The notes under the pieces are model-generated. The model was not told where the DNA came from. It did not search any database and saw only the letters and a program-made list of their open reading frames with translations. From contig JALUEE010000034.1 in NCBI GenBank assembly GCA_027053075.1, forward strand, positions 1 to 16,769: DNA of 16,769 bases, given 5' to 3'. The position numbers were made by a program, and so were the translations under genes. This document shows, in pieces, positions 1 through 8,218 of the stretch (position 1 is its first letter; each line of letters begins with the position of its first letter). This DNA comes from a candidate division WOR-3 bacterium (lineage in GTDB: Bacteria > Hydrothermota > Hydrothermia > B15-G9 > WFZT01).

Positions 1-2
1 AC

Positions 3-146
3 CTCGAGAAGCTTGAAAAACTGGGTAGGGCTGATGTGGAGTATGTTGACCCATTTCGGGTAATCAAAAAATTCCGGCTCTCCCGCCCCACCATTGTGTA
101 TGCCAACAGCCTAAGCCACAAATCCGGGGCAGGGTTTAAGGACTAA
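3..146 (+). CDS. 3' end of an unidentified protein (partial, runs off the window edge)
   Basis: Frame is open from position 3 to TAA at 144-146: LEKLEKLGRADVEYVDPFRVIKKFRLSRPTIVYANSLSHKSGAGFKD*. Convergent with the next gene. No motif recognised. Confidence 0.35.
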   Translation, partial: LEKLEKLGRADVEYVDPFRVIKKFRLSRPTIVYANSLSHKSGAGFKD

Positions 147-212
147 CTGTACATGGGAGTATAAGACAGGTGAGGGATTCCTCTTAAAAAACATCCCGGA
201 ATGAATGAAAAC

Positions 213-3020
213 TTATTTTCCAAGTATCTTTAAAAGTTTTTCGGCTTCGTCGTAGGCCACTTTGTAAGTATAGTCGGGAGGGCCGTCACAGGTGGCAAGT
301 TCGTGGGCCTTTAGAGCATGCTCACGGGCCTTTTCTTTATCTCCTTCAGCCAGGGCTATCTCAGCAAGGAAGAGGTGCACATCTGCGCCCTGAAGCACAT
401 ATCCACTGCGTTCAGTGATGATAAGAGCCTCTTCTGCAAGATTCAGGGCCTCTTTGATTCTACCCTGATCGTGGCGCAGGCGGGCCAGGGCCAATAAAAT
501 GTTGGCCTCATGATCTACCATGTTGATGGCTCGGCAGCGGCGCAGGGCCTCGTTCAGGTGGCGCTCGGCCGCGGGCAGGTCGCCGTTGAGGCGGTAAGCC
601 GCGCCCAAAAGCCAGTGGGCGCGCACATAGTCGCGCTCTACGGGGTAAGTGGTACGGGCGTCCTCGTCAGCCAGTTCCAGGGCGCGGCGGGCGGCGCGCA
701 GGGCTTCGTTGGCCCGCTTCTTGGAAAAGCGCTCCCGCGCCATGAGCAACGCCCGCAGGGCTCGGTAGGCCCAGACGATGCCCTGGGATTGCACCTCCTT
801 TTGCTTCTCGAACATCCCCAGCGCGGCGTCCAGTTCCGCTTCCGCCTCGGTCCAGCGGCCGCGGTAGGCCAGCAGCCGCCCCAGTTCCTGGTGGCCGATG
901 GCCTCGTCGAACGCATCCTCGATCTCGCGGCAGAGGGCGATGCGGCGGCTCAGGTTGGCCTCCGCGGCCCGCAGCGCGCCGATTTTCATCTGGTCGTCGG
1001 CCAGGTTCCCCAGGCCGATGGCGAGGTTTTTCTTGTCATTTGCATTTTCGTCAAGGCGCGCTGATATTTGCAACAAAGGAATGGCACGGGCCGGTTGACC
1101 GGAAAGACTATAGGAGTTTGCCAGTTCATTCGCTGCCCACGACTGGGCGCGCTCTGACTTCAGCCGCGGCGGCCTGTCCTCCCCGTCGGGGAACAGGGCG
1201 CGCAGGAGTTCGATGATGAGTTGGTAGGCGCCGAATTGGTAGTAAAGAGGCGTGGGGACGAGCCGTGCTTGGAGCAACTCAAACGCTTCGTCGTACCGCC
1301 CGGCCCGCACGGTGTGGTGGTACAGTTCAATCACCGGGGTCAGGTCGTCTAAGGTCTGTACCCGCTGGGGCGGGGGCACGGCGGCGAAGTAGTCCCGCAG
1401 GCGGGCGTGGGCGGCGGTGCGCTCGTCCCCGGTCAGGCGGTCGTAGGCATAACGGCGCACGATGGGGTGCAGGTCGTAGCGCCCACGGGCGGGGTCGTAG
1501 TGCACCAGGCCGCGGGCGACCAGGTCGCGCAGGGCGGCGTCCAGGTCAACCTCCTCCCCGGCCACGGCCTGCAGGGCATCGTACTCCACCGGCCCGCGGA
1601 AGCAGGCGATGACCCCCAGCAGGCGTTGGCGGTCGGGGGGCAGGCTTTCGTAGGCCCGCTGGAGCACGTGGTGCTGGCGCTGCTTGAGGTCACCTGTCAC
1701 ATCGAGCCCCTCTGCAACGGTTATATCTCCCGGTTTTCGTGGGTCCTTCAAAATCAATCCTGCCAGCAGAGCCAGACTGAGAGGGTGATAACCATAACGT
1801 TCAGCCACGACTTCCATCTCAGCTCGATTGCCGCGAATACCACGGGCACGGAAATAGGCTACAGCATCATCAGGGGACAAACCCTCCAATTCGACTTCCC
1901 GGCAGTTGGCAAGAAGGTCATCACCATGAGGCGATTCCAGGATGCGTGGTCGAAGACGTGTAGTAATCAGTACTTTTCCACTCAGATGAGGATAGGTGGC
2001 AACTTTTCTGAGGAAATCCTCAGCGGAAAGACTTATACAATCTCGCTGGCGGGCATGCTCCTCCTCATCGGAACTTACACTTTCATCGCCAAGATAGGGA
2101 GCCATCATTGTATTATACGCCCGGAGTGCCCGCTCAAAGCCATCCAAGACAAGCAGGACGCCTGGTTCACGCAGGCGATTCAATAAAGCCTCCACCTGTT
2201 GCGAGGGCAGGGCATCTACCTCCTCCATACCGAGATATTTCAGGGTGGCTTTCAGAAAAGATTCAAACTCACGCTGGTCATAAAAACTCCACCAGACTAT
2301 TTGCGGCCATTTGGTCATATCAACGTCATTCTTCAGCCAGTACCATACCAGAGCACTCTTTCCAAATCCCCCAAGTGCGCGCAATACTAAGATATTGTGT
2401 TTATCATCCTCATTAAGCCATTCATTTAACATCTTCCGCTCATTCCCCCTGCCGGTGAAGTGGTCAGGTAGAGGATAGGGATGAGGAAGGAACCATGAGA
2501 AAGTATTCCCTGTGTCAGAGTCATTGTTTGAATCTGGCTTAGCAGGTGGAGAAGCAGATGGATTAGGAGCTCCCAGAGCTTTGAGCAACTTCTGCCACTC
2601 CAGATTCCAGTCATAGGGATCAACAAAATTTAAATACGTTAGATATTTTAAACGTAGTGGTAGATTGCATCGCTCCTTGAGCATGGGAATCAGTCGGCGC
2701 TTCTGGTTGGCCGGGTCCAGGGTTTGTAACATGAGAGATTCAAACTCAGTCCAGTCACTTTTCAGGTAGGCTGGGGTAAGCACAAGCACGGTCTTCCGGC
2801 TTTTCTCTATACATCGTTCCATCTCTTTCACACCGGGCGCACCAGCCTTGAAATCACGAAAATCAATACAGACACGCAGGCCAGCTCTCCTAAGTGCTGG
2901 GAGTAGTTCATTTCTCACCCAGTCACTGTCTTTCGAGCTGTACGAAATAAATACATCATACTTATATCCGCCCATCTTTTGCCCCTTGGAATTTTTATCC
3001 AAATTTATTTTTGTTCCCAT
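213..3020 (-). CDS. TIR domain - STAND (NB-ARC-like) NTPase - winged helix - TPR protein (NLR-like, probable anti-phage defence)
   Basis: TIR: YDVFISYSSKD..RDFKAG..IEKSRKTVLVL..SDWTEFE. NTPase: FTGR..E lead-in, Walker A ALGGFGKS (2355-2378), Walker B LLVLDGFE, sensor-1 VLITTR, GYHPL (GxP), YDLHPIVRRYA (MHD-like). C-terminus is TPR-like helical repeats. True start may be ATG 2975 (M16), which has AAGGGG upstream; ATG 3020 is only 3 nt after a TAAAAT. Confidence 0.9.
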   Translation of the reverse strand: MGTKINLDKNSKGQKMGGYKYDVFISYSSKDSDWVRNELLPALRRAGLRVCIDFRDFKAGAPGVKEMERCIEKSRKTVLVLTPAYLKSDWTEFESLMLQTLDPANQKRRLIPMLKERCNLPLRLKYLTYLNFVDPYDWNLEWQKLLKALGAPNPSASPPAKPDSNNDSDTGNTFSWFLPHPYPLPDHFTGRGNERKMLNEWLNEDDKHNILVLRALGGFGKSALVWYWLKNDVDMTKWPQIVWWSFYDQREFESFLKATLKYLGMEEVDALPSQQVEALLNRLREPGVLLVLDGFERALRAYNTMMAPYLGDESVSSDEEEHARQRDCISLSAEDFLRKVATYPHLSGKVLITTRLRPRILESPHGDDLLANCREVELEGLSPDDAVAYFRARGIRGNRAEMEVVAERYGYHPLSLALLAGLILKDPRKPGDITVAEGLDVTGDLKQRQHHVLQRAYESLPPDRQRLLGVIACFRGPVEYDALQAVAGEEVDLDAALRDLVARGLVHYDPARGRYDLHPIVRRYAYDRLTGDERTAAHARLRDYFAAVPPPQRVQTLDDLTPVIELYHHTVRAGRYDEAFELLQARLVPTPLYYQFGAYQLIIELLRALFPDGEDRPPRLKSERAQSWAANELANSYSLSGQPARAIPLLQISARLDENANDKKNLAIGLGNLADDQMKIGALRAAEANLSRRIALCREIEDAFDEAIGHQELGRLLAYRGRWTEAEAELDAALGMFEKQKEVQSQGIVWAYRALRALLMARERFSKKRANEALRAARRALELADEDARTTYPVERDYVRAHWLLGAAYRLNGDLPAAERHLNEALRRCRAINMVDHEANILLALARLRHDQGRIKEALNLAEEALIITERSGYVLQGADVHLFLAEIALAEGDKEKAREHALKAHELATCDGPPDYTYKVAYDEAEKLLKILGK

Positions 3021-3061
3021 TTAATTTTAAAGCCCCTCAACTGTGAAATCATGTCATTCAC

Positions 3062-3210
3062 GAACGTGTTCAGAAAATCTCAGAGTATGAGAATTTGAAG
3101 AGGAACCTCCCTACTTTCCTTCTTCCCAACTCACGAAAGTGCGTGAGGAAGAGAATGGGAAGGGGAACCTCAGGATTGGAAGAATTTGATGTGTTTTCGA
3201 AAATATCCTC
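3062..3210. repeat. Intergenic MITE/REP-like element, copy A (degenerate; core inverted relative to copy B)
   Basis: Left end GAACGTGTTCAGAAAATC resembles the ends of copies B and C; right end TTTTCGAAAATATCCTC is degenerate. Reverse complement of the core 3121-3153 (CTCTTCCTCACGCACTTTCGTGAGTTGGGAAGA) aligns with the copy B hairpin CCCCCACGCACTTTGTGCGTGGGGGAGA. Confidence 0.55.
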
Positions 3211-3229
3211 TAAGTGAATCTCCCATTTA

Positions 3230-3258
3230 TAGTCAATATGTGGGGTTTGCTATATTAT
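3230..3258 (+). promoter_or_regulatory. Candidate sigma70 promoter for the ZIP gene
   Basis: TAGTCA(3230-3235)-17 nt-TATTAT(3253-3258), 8 nt before ATG 3267; no Shine-Dalgarno. Confidence 0.35.
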
Positions 3259-3266
3259 AAAATGTC

Positions 3267-4058
3267 ATGGTTGATTCGCTTGTTAATCTATTTGTACATC
3301 TTTCTGGTGATAAGGCTATCTGGCTAGGGTTCTGGGGTGGCCTTACAACAACCCTGTTCAACACATTCGGTGCCCTGCTTGTGATGTTTTTCCGTAAACC
3401 CTCAGACCGATTCATGGATGCATCACTGGGCTTTGCTGCAGGTGTAATGCTCGCAGCAAGCTTTACAAGTCTCATCATACCGGGTGCGGAAATGGGAGGA
3501 ATTGTGCCCGTTTTAATCGGTATCCTCATAGGCTCCTTCTTTCTTGACCTATCTGACCATCTTATTCCGCACATGCACAATATTATTGGTACTGAGGGAA
3601 TCCATCCGGAAAGAGTAAAAGCCGTCTGGCTTTTCATAATCGCTATTACCCTTCACAACATGCCCGAAGGGCTGGCCGTGGGTGTAGCCTTTGGGGCAGA
3701 TAGGATAAGGGATGCCATTGTTCTCATGATTGCCATCGGAATCCAGAACATTCCAGAGGGATTTTCTGTCTCGCTCTCCGCTGTAAGTGCGGGATATAGC
3801 AGGGGATTTTATGCAGTTTATACGGGTATTCGCTCAGGACTCGTGGAGATACCACTTGCCATGCTTGGAGCGTGGGCAGTTAATCAGGTAAAGGTGATAA
3901 TCCCCTACGCCATGGGATTTGCAGCAGGTGCCATGCTCTACGTTATAAGTGATGAAATCGTCCCTGAAACCCACCGAAAGGGACACGAGAGATACGCGAC
4001 ATTTGGTACCATTATCGGTGTGGTTATCATGCTTTATCTGGACGTTGTATTCGGATAG
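3267..4058 (+). CDS. ZIP family divalent metal (zinc) transporter, GufA/ZupT-like
   Basis: GFAAGVML, His-containing loop DHLIPHMH, TM4 ITLHNMPEGLAVG, TM5 IGIQNIPEG, FAAGAMLYV..DEIVPE; about 8 hydrophobic helices. Confidence 0.93.
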   Translation: MVDSLVNLFVHLSGDKAIWLGFWGGLTTTLFNTFGALLVMFFRKPSDRFMDASLGFAAGVMLAASFTSLIIPGAEMGGIVPVLIGILIGSFFLDLSDHLIPHMHNIIGTEGIHPERVKAVWLFIIAITLHNMPEGLAVGVAFGADRIRDAIVLMIAIGIQNIPEGFSVSLSAVSAGYSRGFYAVYTGIRSGLVEIPLAMLGAWAVNQVKVIIPYAMGFAAGAMLYVISDEIVPETHRKGHERYATFGTIIGVVIMLYLDVVFG

Positions 4059-5179
4059 GGGATTTTGCTCACAAAAAATGAGCTTATGAGTGAGAACAAT
4101 ATCCCCAGCATGAAGGTCGCATGTATCCCATAGCTGACTTTGATCAGCATTCCAATGTAAGGACCGCCTGATGACACAAGTCCATTTATAGTGCCTATCG
4201 TGCCTATGGTGCTTGCCCTCTTTGATTGCGGAGAAAGGGAAGTGACTATCGTATTGTAAGCGATAAAAATGAGCTGGACCGCACCAAAAGATATCATAAG
4301 AAGGAGTGTATTGAGTGTGCCCGGCATCAAATGTGACCAGATGAAAATAGTGGTGCTGTGAACCAGCATGGCGGTAATGAAGAATCTTACAAGATTTTCG
4401 CTTTTCAGTATCCTTGTAGCTGCAATGGAAACCAGTAGTGAGAAAAGAGTGGAATAGGAAATCAGCAGGTTAATCCGCCTCTCGATCAAACCGAGACTTT
4501 TCATGTGGAGTGTGATAAATGGCCCATTGATGGTGATGGAAAAGAGAAGATAAAGAAATATTGAACCTGATAGGAAGATCAAGACATTTCGGCTGAAAAT
4601 CCCTGTAAAATCCAGGCTCCCTCGTTTCTTCATCTTTAGTGTCTCATCGAGAATAAAATGGCGGATCAGTGCTGACAGCAGATAAATGGCGGCTGTAAGC
4701 ATCATAAGCTCGCGAATATTTAGAAATTTTAGTAAAAAGAATCCCACGAGTGGGCCTGTTGCAAATCCCCCGGCAACCGAAAGTTCAAAAATCGAGAACG
4801 CCTTCTCTCGGTCAATGCAGGATTCACCGACAAGGGAGAGAAATGCCGGCCATTGGAGTGAAGAAAATATTGCAGTAAGTGCGTAAACCAGAGTCACAAA
4901 CCACCAGACCTTTGCAAGAGACATCGAAAATATCAGAAACGATGCCACATAGGTTGGGATAACAATCGCCGGCTTTCGTCCCCATCTATCTGCAAAGAAA
5001 CCGCCAAAAATCTGAAATCCAGTTCCACCGAGGGTAAAAAGGGTGTACGAGACCCCTACCATGCGGTCATTTGCCCTAAGTTGCTTTAAAAATAGTGGCA
5101 GCAAATAGAGCCACGAGCTCAAGCTCATGAGCAGCAAAAATACTGTACCCGAGATGACGAAGAGGTTTTTCCTTTTCAT
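4034..5179 (-). CDS. Major facilitator superfamily transporter
   Basis: 381 aa, ~12 TM segments, MFS motif A GGFFADRWGRK, second-half echo SPQSKRASTIG. Confidence 0.88.
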   Translation of the reverse strand: MKRKNLFVISGTVFLLLMSLSSWLYLLPLFLKQLRANDRMVGVSYTLFTLGGTGFQIFGGFFADRWGRKPAIVIPTYVASFLIFSMSLAKVWWFVTLVYALTAIFSSLQWPAFLSLVGESCIDREKAFSIFELSVAGGFATGPLVGFFLLKFLNIRELMMLTAAIYLLSALIRHFILDETLKMKKRGSLDFTGIFSRNVLIFLSGSIFLYLLFSITINGPFITLHMKSLGLIERRINLLISYSTLFSLLVSIAATRILKSENLVRFFITAMLVHSTTIFIWSHLMPGTLNTLLLMISFGAVQLIFIAYNTIVTSLSPQSKRASTIGTIGTINGLVSSGGPYIGMLIKVSYGIHATFMLGILFSLISSFFVSKIPYPNTTSR

Positions 5180-6039
5180 GAACCTAAAGTTATCAGGATT
5201 GCGCCAAGAACCATCAACACGCTGCCAGACATTCTTGGCAGGATATCCTTTTCTTTAAATAGCATCCAGCCATAAAAAACGCTGAAAATAGCCGAAAGTC
5301 TCTTAACAGAAATCATATAACTTACGAGGGTTAGTCTAATGGCTGTCATGTGGAAGATGGTCATTAAGGCATAGAAAAATCCCGCTCCCACGAGCTGTAG
5401 CCGGCAATTTTTCCACTGGCTCTTCTTCATGCCAACAATCCCGGGCCCAAGGAGCACGAGATTCATTACGATGGTGTAATAAAAGCTGAAGAACACCGGA
5501 CTCGAATGCAGCACGAGCATCTTTCCGCTAATGGACGTTATGCTGTATAAAAAGGCAACCAAAATCACGAGCTGAACCCCGCGATTTCTAAATGTAAGCT
5601 TCAGGGGAGCAAAAATCCCTTTCTTCAGATTCCGTATTCCCATCACATACGAGCCTGCCACGATGAGCAAAATCCCCGCTCCGGCAATCAGGGAAACCCT
5701 TTCACCGATGATTATGTATCCATTAACAATGAGAAATAGAGGGGTGAGAGACAGGAAAGGCAGAGCCATGGAGATATCTGAAATGGAGATCGCTTTTACG
5801 TAAAGGAATAGAGCGGCTGTTTCCAGAGGAATCCATACCAGATGCCAGAGAAAGAAAGTCTTATCGAGGTGGGGAATAGGTACTTTTAGAAATGGGATGA
5901 GTACAAAGGGGAGGGCAAAGAGGTATCTTATCCATACCACGAAGTATTCATTAAGGGAGCAATGCCTGTAAGCCGCTTTTACAAAGGCATCTGATGTCGC
6001 CCATCCGAAAGCTGATAGCAGCGCGTAAATAACCCACAT
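5176..6039 (-). CDS. EamA/DMT family transporter
   Basis: 287 aa, two 5-TM repeats with IGERVS..GILLIVAG and FKEK..GSVLMVLGAILI; ATGA overlap with the MFS gene. Confidence 0.9.
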   Translation of the reverse strand: MWVIYALLSAFGWATSDAFVKAAYRHCSLNEYFVVWIRYLFALPFVLIPFLKVPIPHLDKTFFLWHLVWIPLETAALFLYVKAISISDISMALPFLSLTPLFLIVNGYIIIGERVSLIAGAGILLIVAGSYVMGIRNLKKGIFAPLKLTFRNRGVQLVILVAFLYSITSISGKMLVLHSSPVFFSFYYTIVMNLVLLGPGIVGMKKSQWKNCRLQLVGAGFFYALMTIFHMTAIRLTLVSYMISVKRLSAIFSVFYGWMLFKEKDILPRMSGSVLMVLGAILITLGS

Positions 6040-6040
6040 C

Positions 6041-7720
6041 TCATGGATACTTTGTCAACATCCCGGATATCTTTTTCTTCATACTCTCTGAGGAGGCGGA
6101 TTCAAAGGCCTTTTTTAGATAGAATTTTGCCATGTACCTATCACCAAATTCCTCTCTCAACTCTGCGAGCTGAATGTAAATTCTGGCCCTGTTGTCACCA
6201 CTGAAATCTTCGATTACACTGAGCAGATAGCTTTCGAGGTCTTTTAGCTGTCCCGTATTTATGTATGCCTCTTTCAGTTTCTCAACGATCTGAAATCTCG
6301 ACTCTTCATCCGGGGACATGCTGTAAAGTCTCTGGCCAAGTGCAATGGCCTCATTGAACCTTTTGATTTTAAAATAAATATTCATGGATTGAAGCATGGC
6401 CTGATACTTGAGGGTCTTATTCCCTGTTTGAAGAAGCCTTCCATAGATGGCAAGTGCAGAATCTGGCATACCAAGTGAATCGTAAAGAGTGGCAATCACA
6501 AGATTTGCCGCGGGGTTCTTGTCAAGATAAGACCTTGGGATGTGAGGTATAACAATCCTATAGATATCCTTCGCTTTTATACCGCGTTTTAGTCCCTCTG
6601 AAATAGCCTGGATTGTGTACGCATTTCCATCGTACCTCACTGCGAGCCATTTCAGAATGCTAAGGGCTGACTTAAACCAGTGTCTGATGGTATAGAGAAA
6701 GAATACTTCATAGAGAAGTTCCGGTGCCATTGGGCTATCCGGATATTTTTTCACAAAGTTTATATTGAGTTCAGTTGCAGACTTGTAGTAACCAAGCTTG
6801 TACTTGCAGAGTTCAATTTTGTACCTTACCCTGTCCGGGTCTATATCAGGAGAATAATGGCTGAGTGCGAGTCCGTAGTATTCCATGGATTTCTTGTATT
6901 CTCCATTAATAAACGAAAGCTCACCAAACAAATAGTAAGTGCTACCGAGCACATCGTCTTCGACGCCCTGTCTCTGAAGAATGTTTTCTAAAAAAGTGGA
7001 GGCACTGTCAGGATGACCTATTTGAATGTAAAGACGGGCGAGATACAGAAGTCGATAATTTTCAAGAGCAGGATTGAAGCAACTTTGCAGCAGTTTTCTG
7101 GCTGGTTCTATATTACCAAGCTCAATGTAATCAAAGGCAAGAACACATTTGAAGTAAGAATTTATCGGCTCGTCAAAAGCAAACTTCTCAGCACTCTCAA
7201 GGAATTCCTGGGCCTTTTCAAAGTTCCTCATCATGAAATAGGTAATTCCAGTCTCAACATAGGTGAATGGAAGAATATCAGGATCACCGGAATTTCTCGC
7301 CTTCTCAAGATACTTTAGGGCAGATTGGAAGTCTCTTGTGAGGTCTCTCAGATTCAGGGCATAAAGAAACTCAACCTTGCCAGCAAGAGGACTGTTCCCA
7401 AATCTATCCAGGAAATATTTTCTTGAATCCATGGCCTCGTTATAAAGGCCCATCTTGTCCTGAATTAACGAAATGAAATAGAGTGCGGAATCTGCAAAGT
7501 TGTTGTTTTCATTACCAATGGTCACAAAATAAAAAATGTACATGGCCTTTTCGTAGTTCCCGGCCAGCATGTATTTTTTTGCAAGATTATAGCGCTTTGA
7601 CAGGCTATCAGGAGATGTGACATTGGATATACTTGTCCCCTGCAGGAAAAGCTCGACGTAATGGTTGTATAAGGGTTTTGTGTTCAGTGACGTTATGACA
7701 GCAATAATCAGCGGCATCAT
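6041..7720 (-). CDS. Tetratricopeptide repeat protein (BamD/CpoB-like repeats, probably exported)
   Basis: 559 aa helical repeats with ADSALYF, FGNSPLAGKVEF, YPDSPMAPELLY; short hydrophobic N-terminus; stop 1 nt before the EamA start. Confidence 0.75.
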   Translation of the reverse strand: MMPLIIAVITSLNTKPLYNHYVELFLQGTSISNVTSPDSLSKRYNLAKKYMLAGNYEKAMYIFYFVTIGNENNNFADSALYFISLIQDKMGLYNEAMDSRKYFLDRFGNSPLAGKVEFLYALNLRDLTRDFQSALKYLEKARNSGDPDILPFTYVETGITYFMMRNFEKAQEFLESAEKFAFDEPINSYFKCVLAFDYIELGNIEPARKLLQSCFNPALENYRLLYLARLYIQIGHPDSASTFLENILQRQGVEDDVLGSTYYLFGELSFINGEYKKSMEYYGLALSHYSPDIDPDRVRYKIELCKYKLGYYKSATELNINFVKKYPDSPMAPELLYEVFFLYTIRHWFKSALSILKWLAVRYDGNAYTIQAISEGLKRGIKAKDIYRIVIPHIPRSYLDKNPAANLVIATLYDSLGMPDSALAIYGRLLQTGNKTLKYQAMLQSMNIYFKIKRFNEAIALGQRLYSMSPDEESRFQIVEKLKEAYINTGQLKDLESYLLSVIEDFSGDNRARIYIQLAELREEFGDRYMAKFYLKKAFESASSESMKKKISGMLTKYP

Positions 7721-7765
7721 AGATAGTTATTTTAAAGTATGCAAAGGCTTTATGGCATATTATTT

Positions 7766-7893
7766 GAGCTCGTTATAGAATTCTCCTCCCTCCTTTCCTC
7801 CCCCCACGCACTTTGTGCGTGGGGGAGAAGGAGGTGGGGACAAATTTTTCATTAAAAATTAAATAAAGGTTTTGAAATTTTTCGAACAGGCTC
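7766..7893. repeat. Intergenic MITE/REP-like element, copy B
   Basis: Imperfect terminal inverted repeats GAGCTCGTTATAGAATTC (7766-7783) and AATTTTTCGAACAGGCTC (7876-7893); perfect 11-bp hairpin CCCCCACGCAC-TTT-GTGCGTGGGGG (7801-7825). Confidence 0.7.
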
Positions 7894-8157
7894 ATATTAA
7901 TTGAAAGTGTTGTCGCTTTTCATAATCTCCTTTTGGGGAAGATTGATTTTGCTAAATTGCAGATGTAGCCCCCTTTTTAATTTCCTCCCACAATCAAATT
8001 TATGAGGGGGTACGGGCTATGGCAAAATAGGAGGTCGCATATTCTAAAATACTTGCAATCTGCCTGTTGAATACTCTGAATGCTTTCTCTTCAAAGTTTT
8101 CCAATAACAGACGGGAAGGAATTTGAGGTGTTAACTCCGGAGCATGGGGTTAAATTG

Positions 8158-8197
8158 AGAGGGGGGGCGGCGGCCCTCCGGGCCGCCGCCCCCCTCT
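8158..8197 (-). terminator. Strong GC hairpin, probable terminator or 3' stabiliser of the octaheme cytochrome mRNA
   Basis: 15-bp perfect GC stem GGGGGGCGGCGGCCC-TCC-GGGCCGCCGCCCCCC, extendable past a bulge, ~21 nt past the stop at 8219; U-tract is weak. Confidence 0.7.
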
Positions 8198-8218
8198 TCC
8201 CATTTTATCCAACCATTT

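Noticed and set aside
213..1695. Diversity-generating retroelement target explanation for the patchy TPR region
   Set aside because: No reverse transcriptase and no template/variable repeat pair visible in the window. A remote one cannot be excluded.
510..2186. Long + strand ORFs 510-1064, 1265-1612 and 1407-2186, plus short alternate-frame ORFs
   Set aside because: Antisense shadows of the GC-rich part of the TIR-STAND-TPR gene, where stops are scarce; no motifs.
3211..3232. Fur/Zur box upstream of the ZIP gene
   Set aside because: No convincing inverted repeat; the Fur-family gene is 10 kb away, so no link can be supported.
3233..3637. 134-aa minus-strand ORF
   Set aside because: Antisense to the well-supported ZIP gene.
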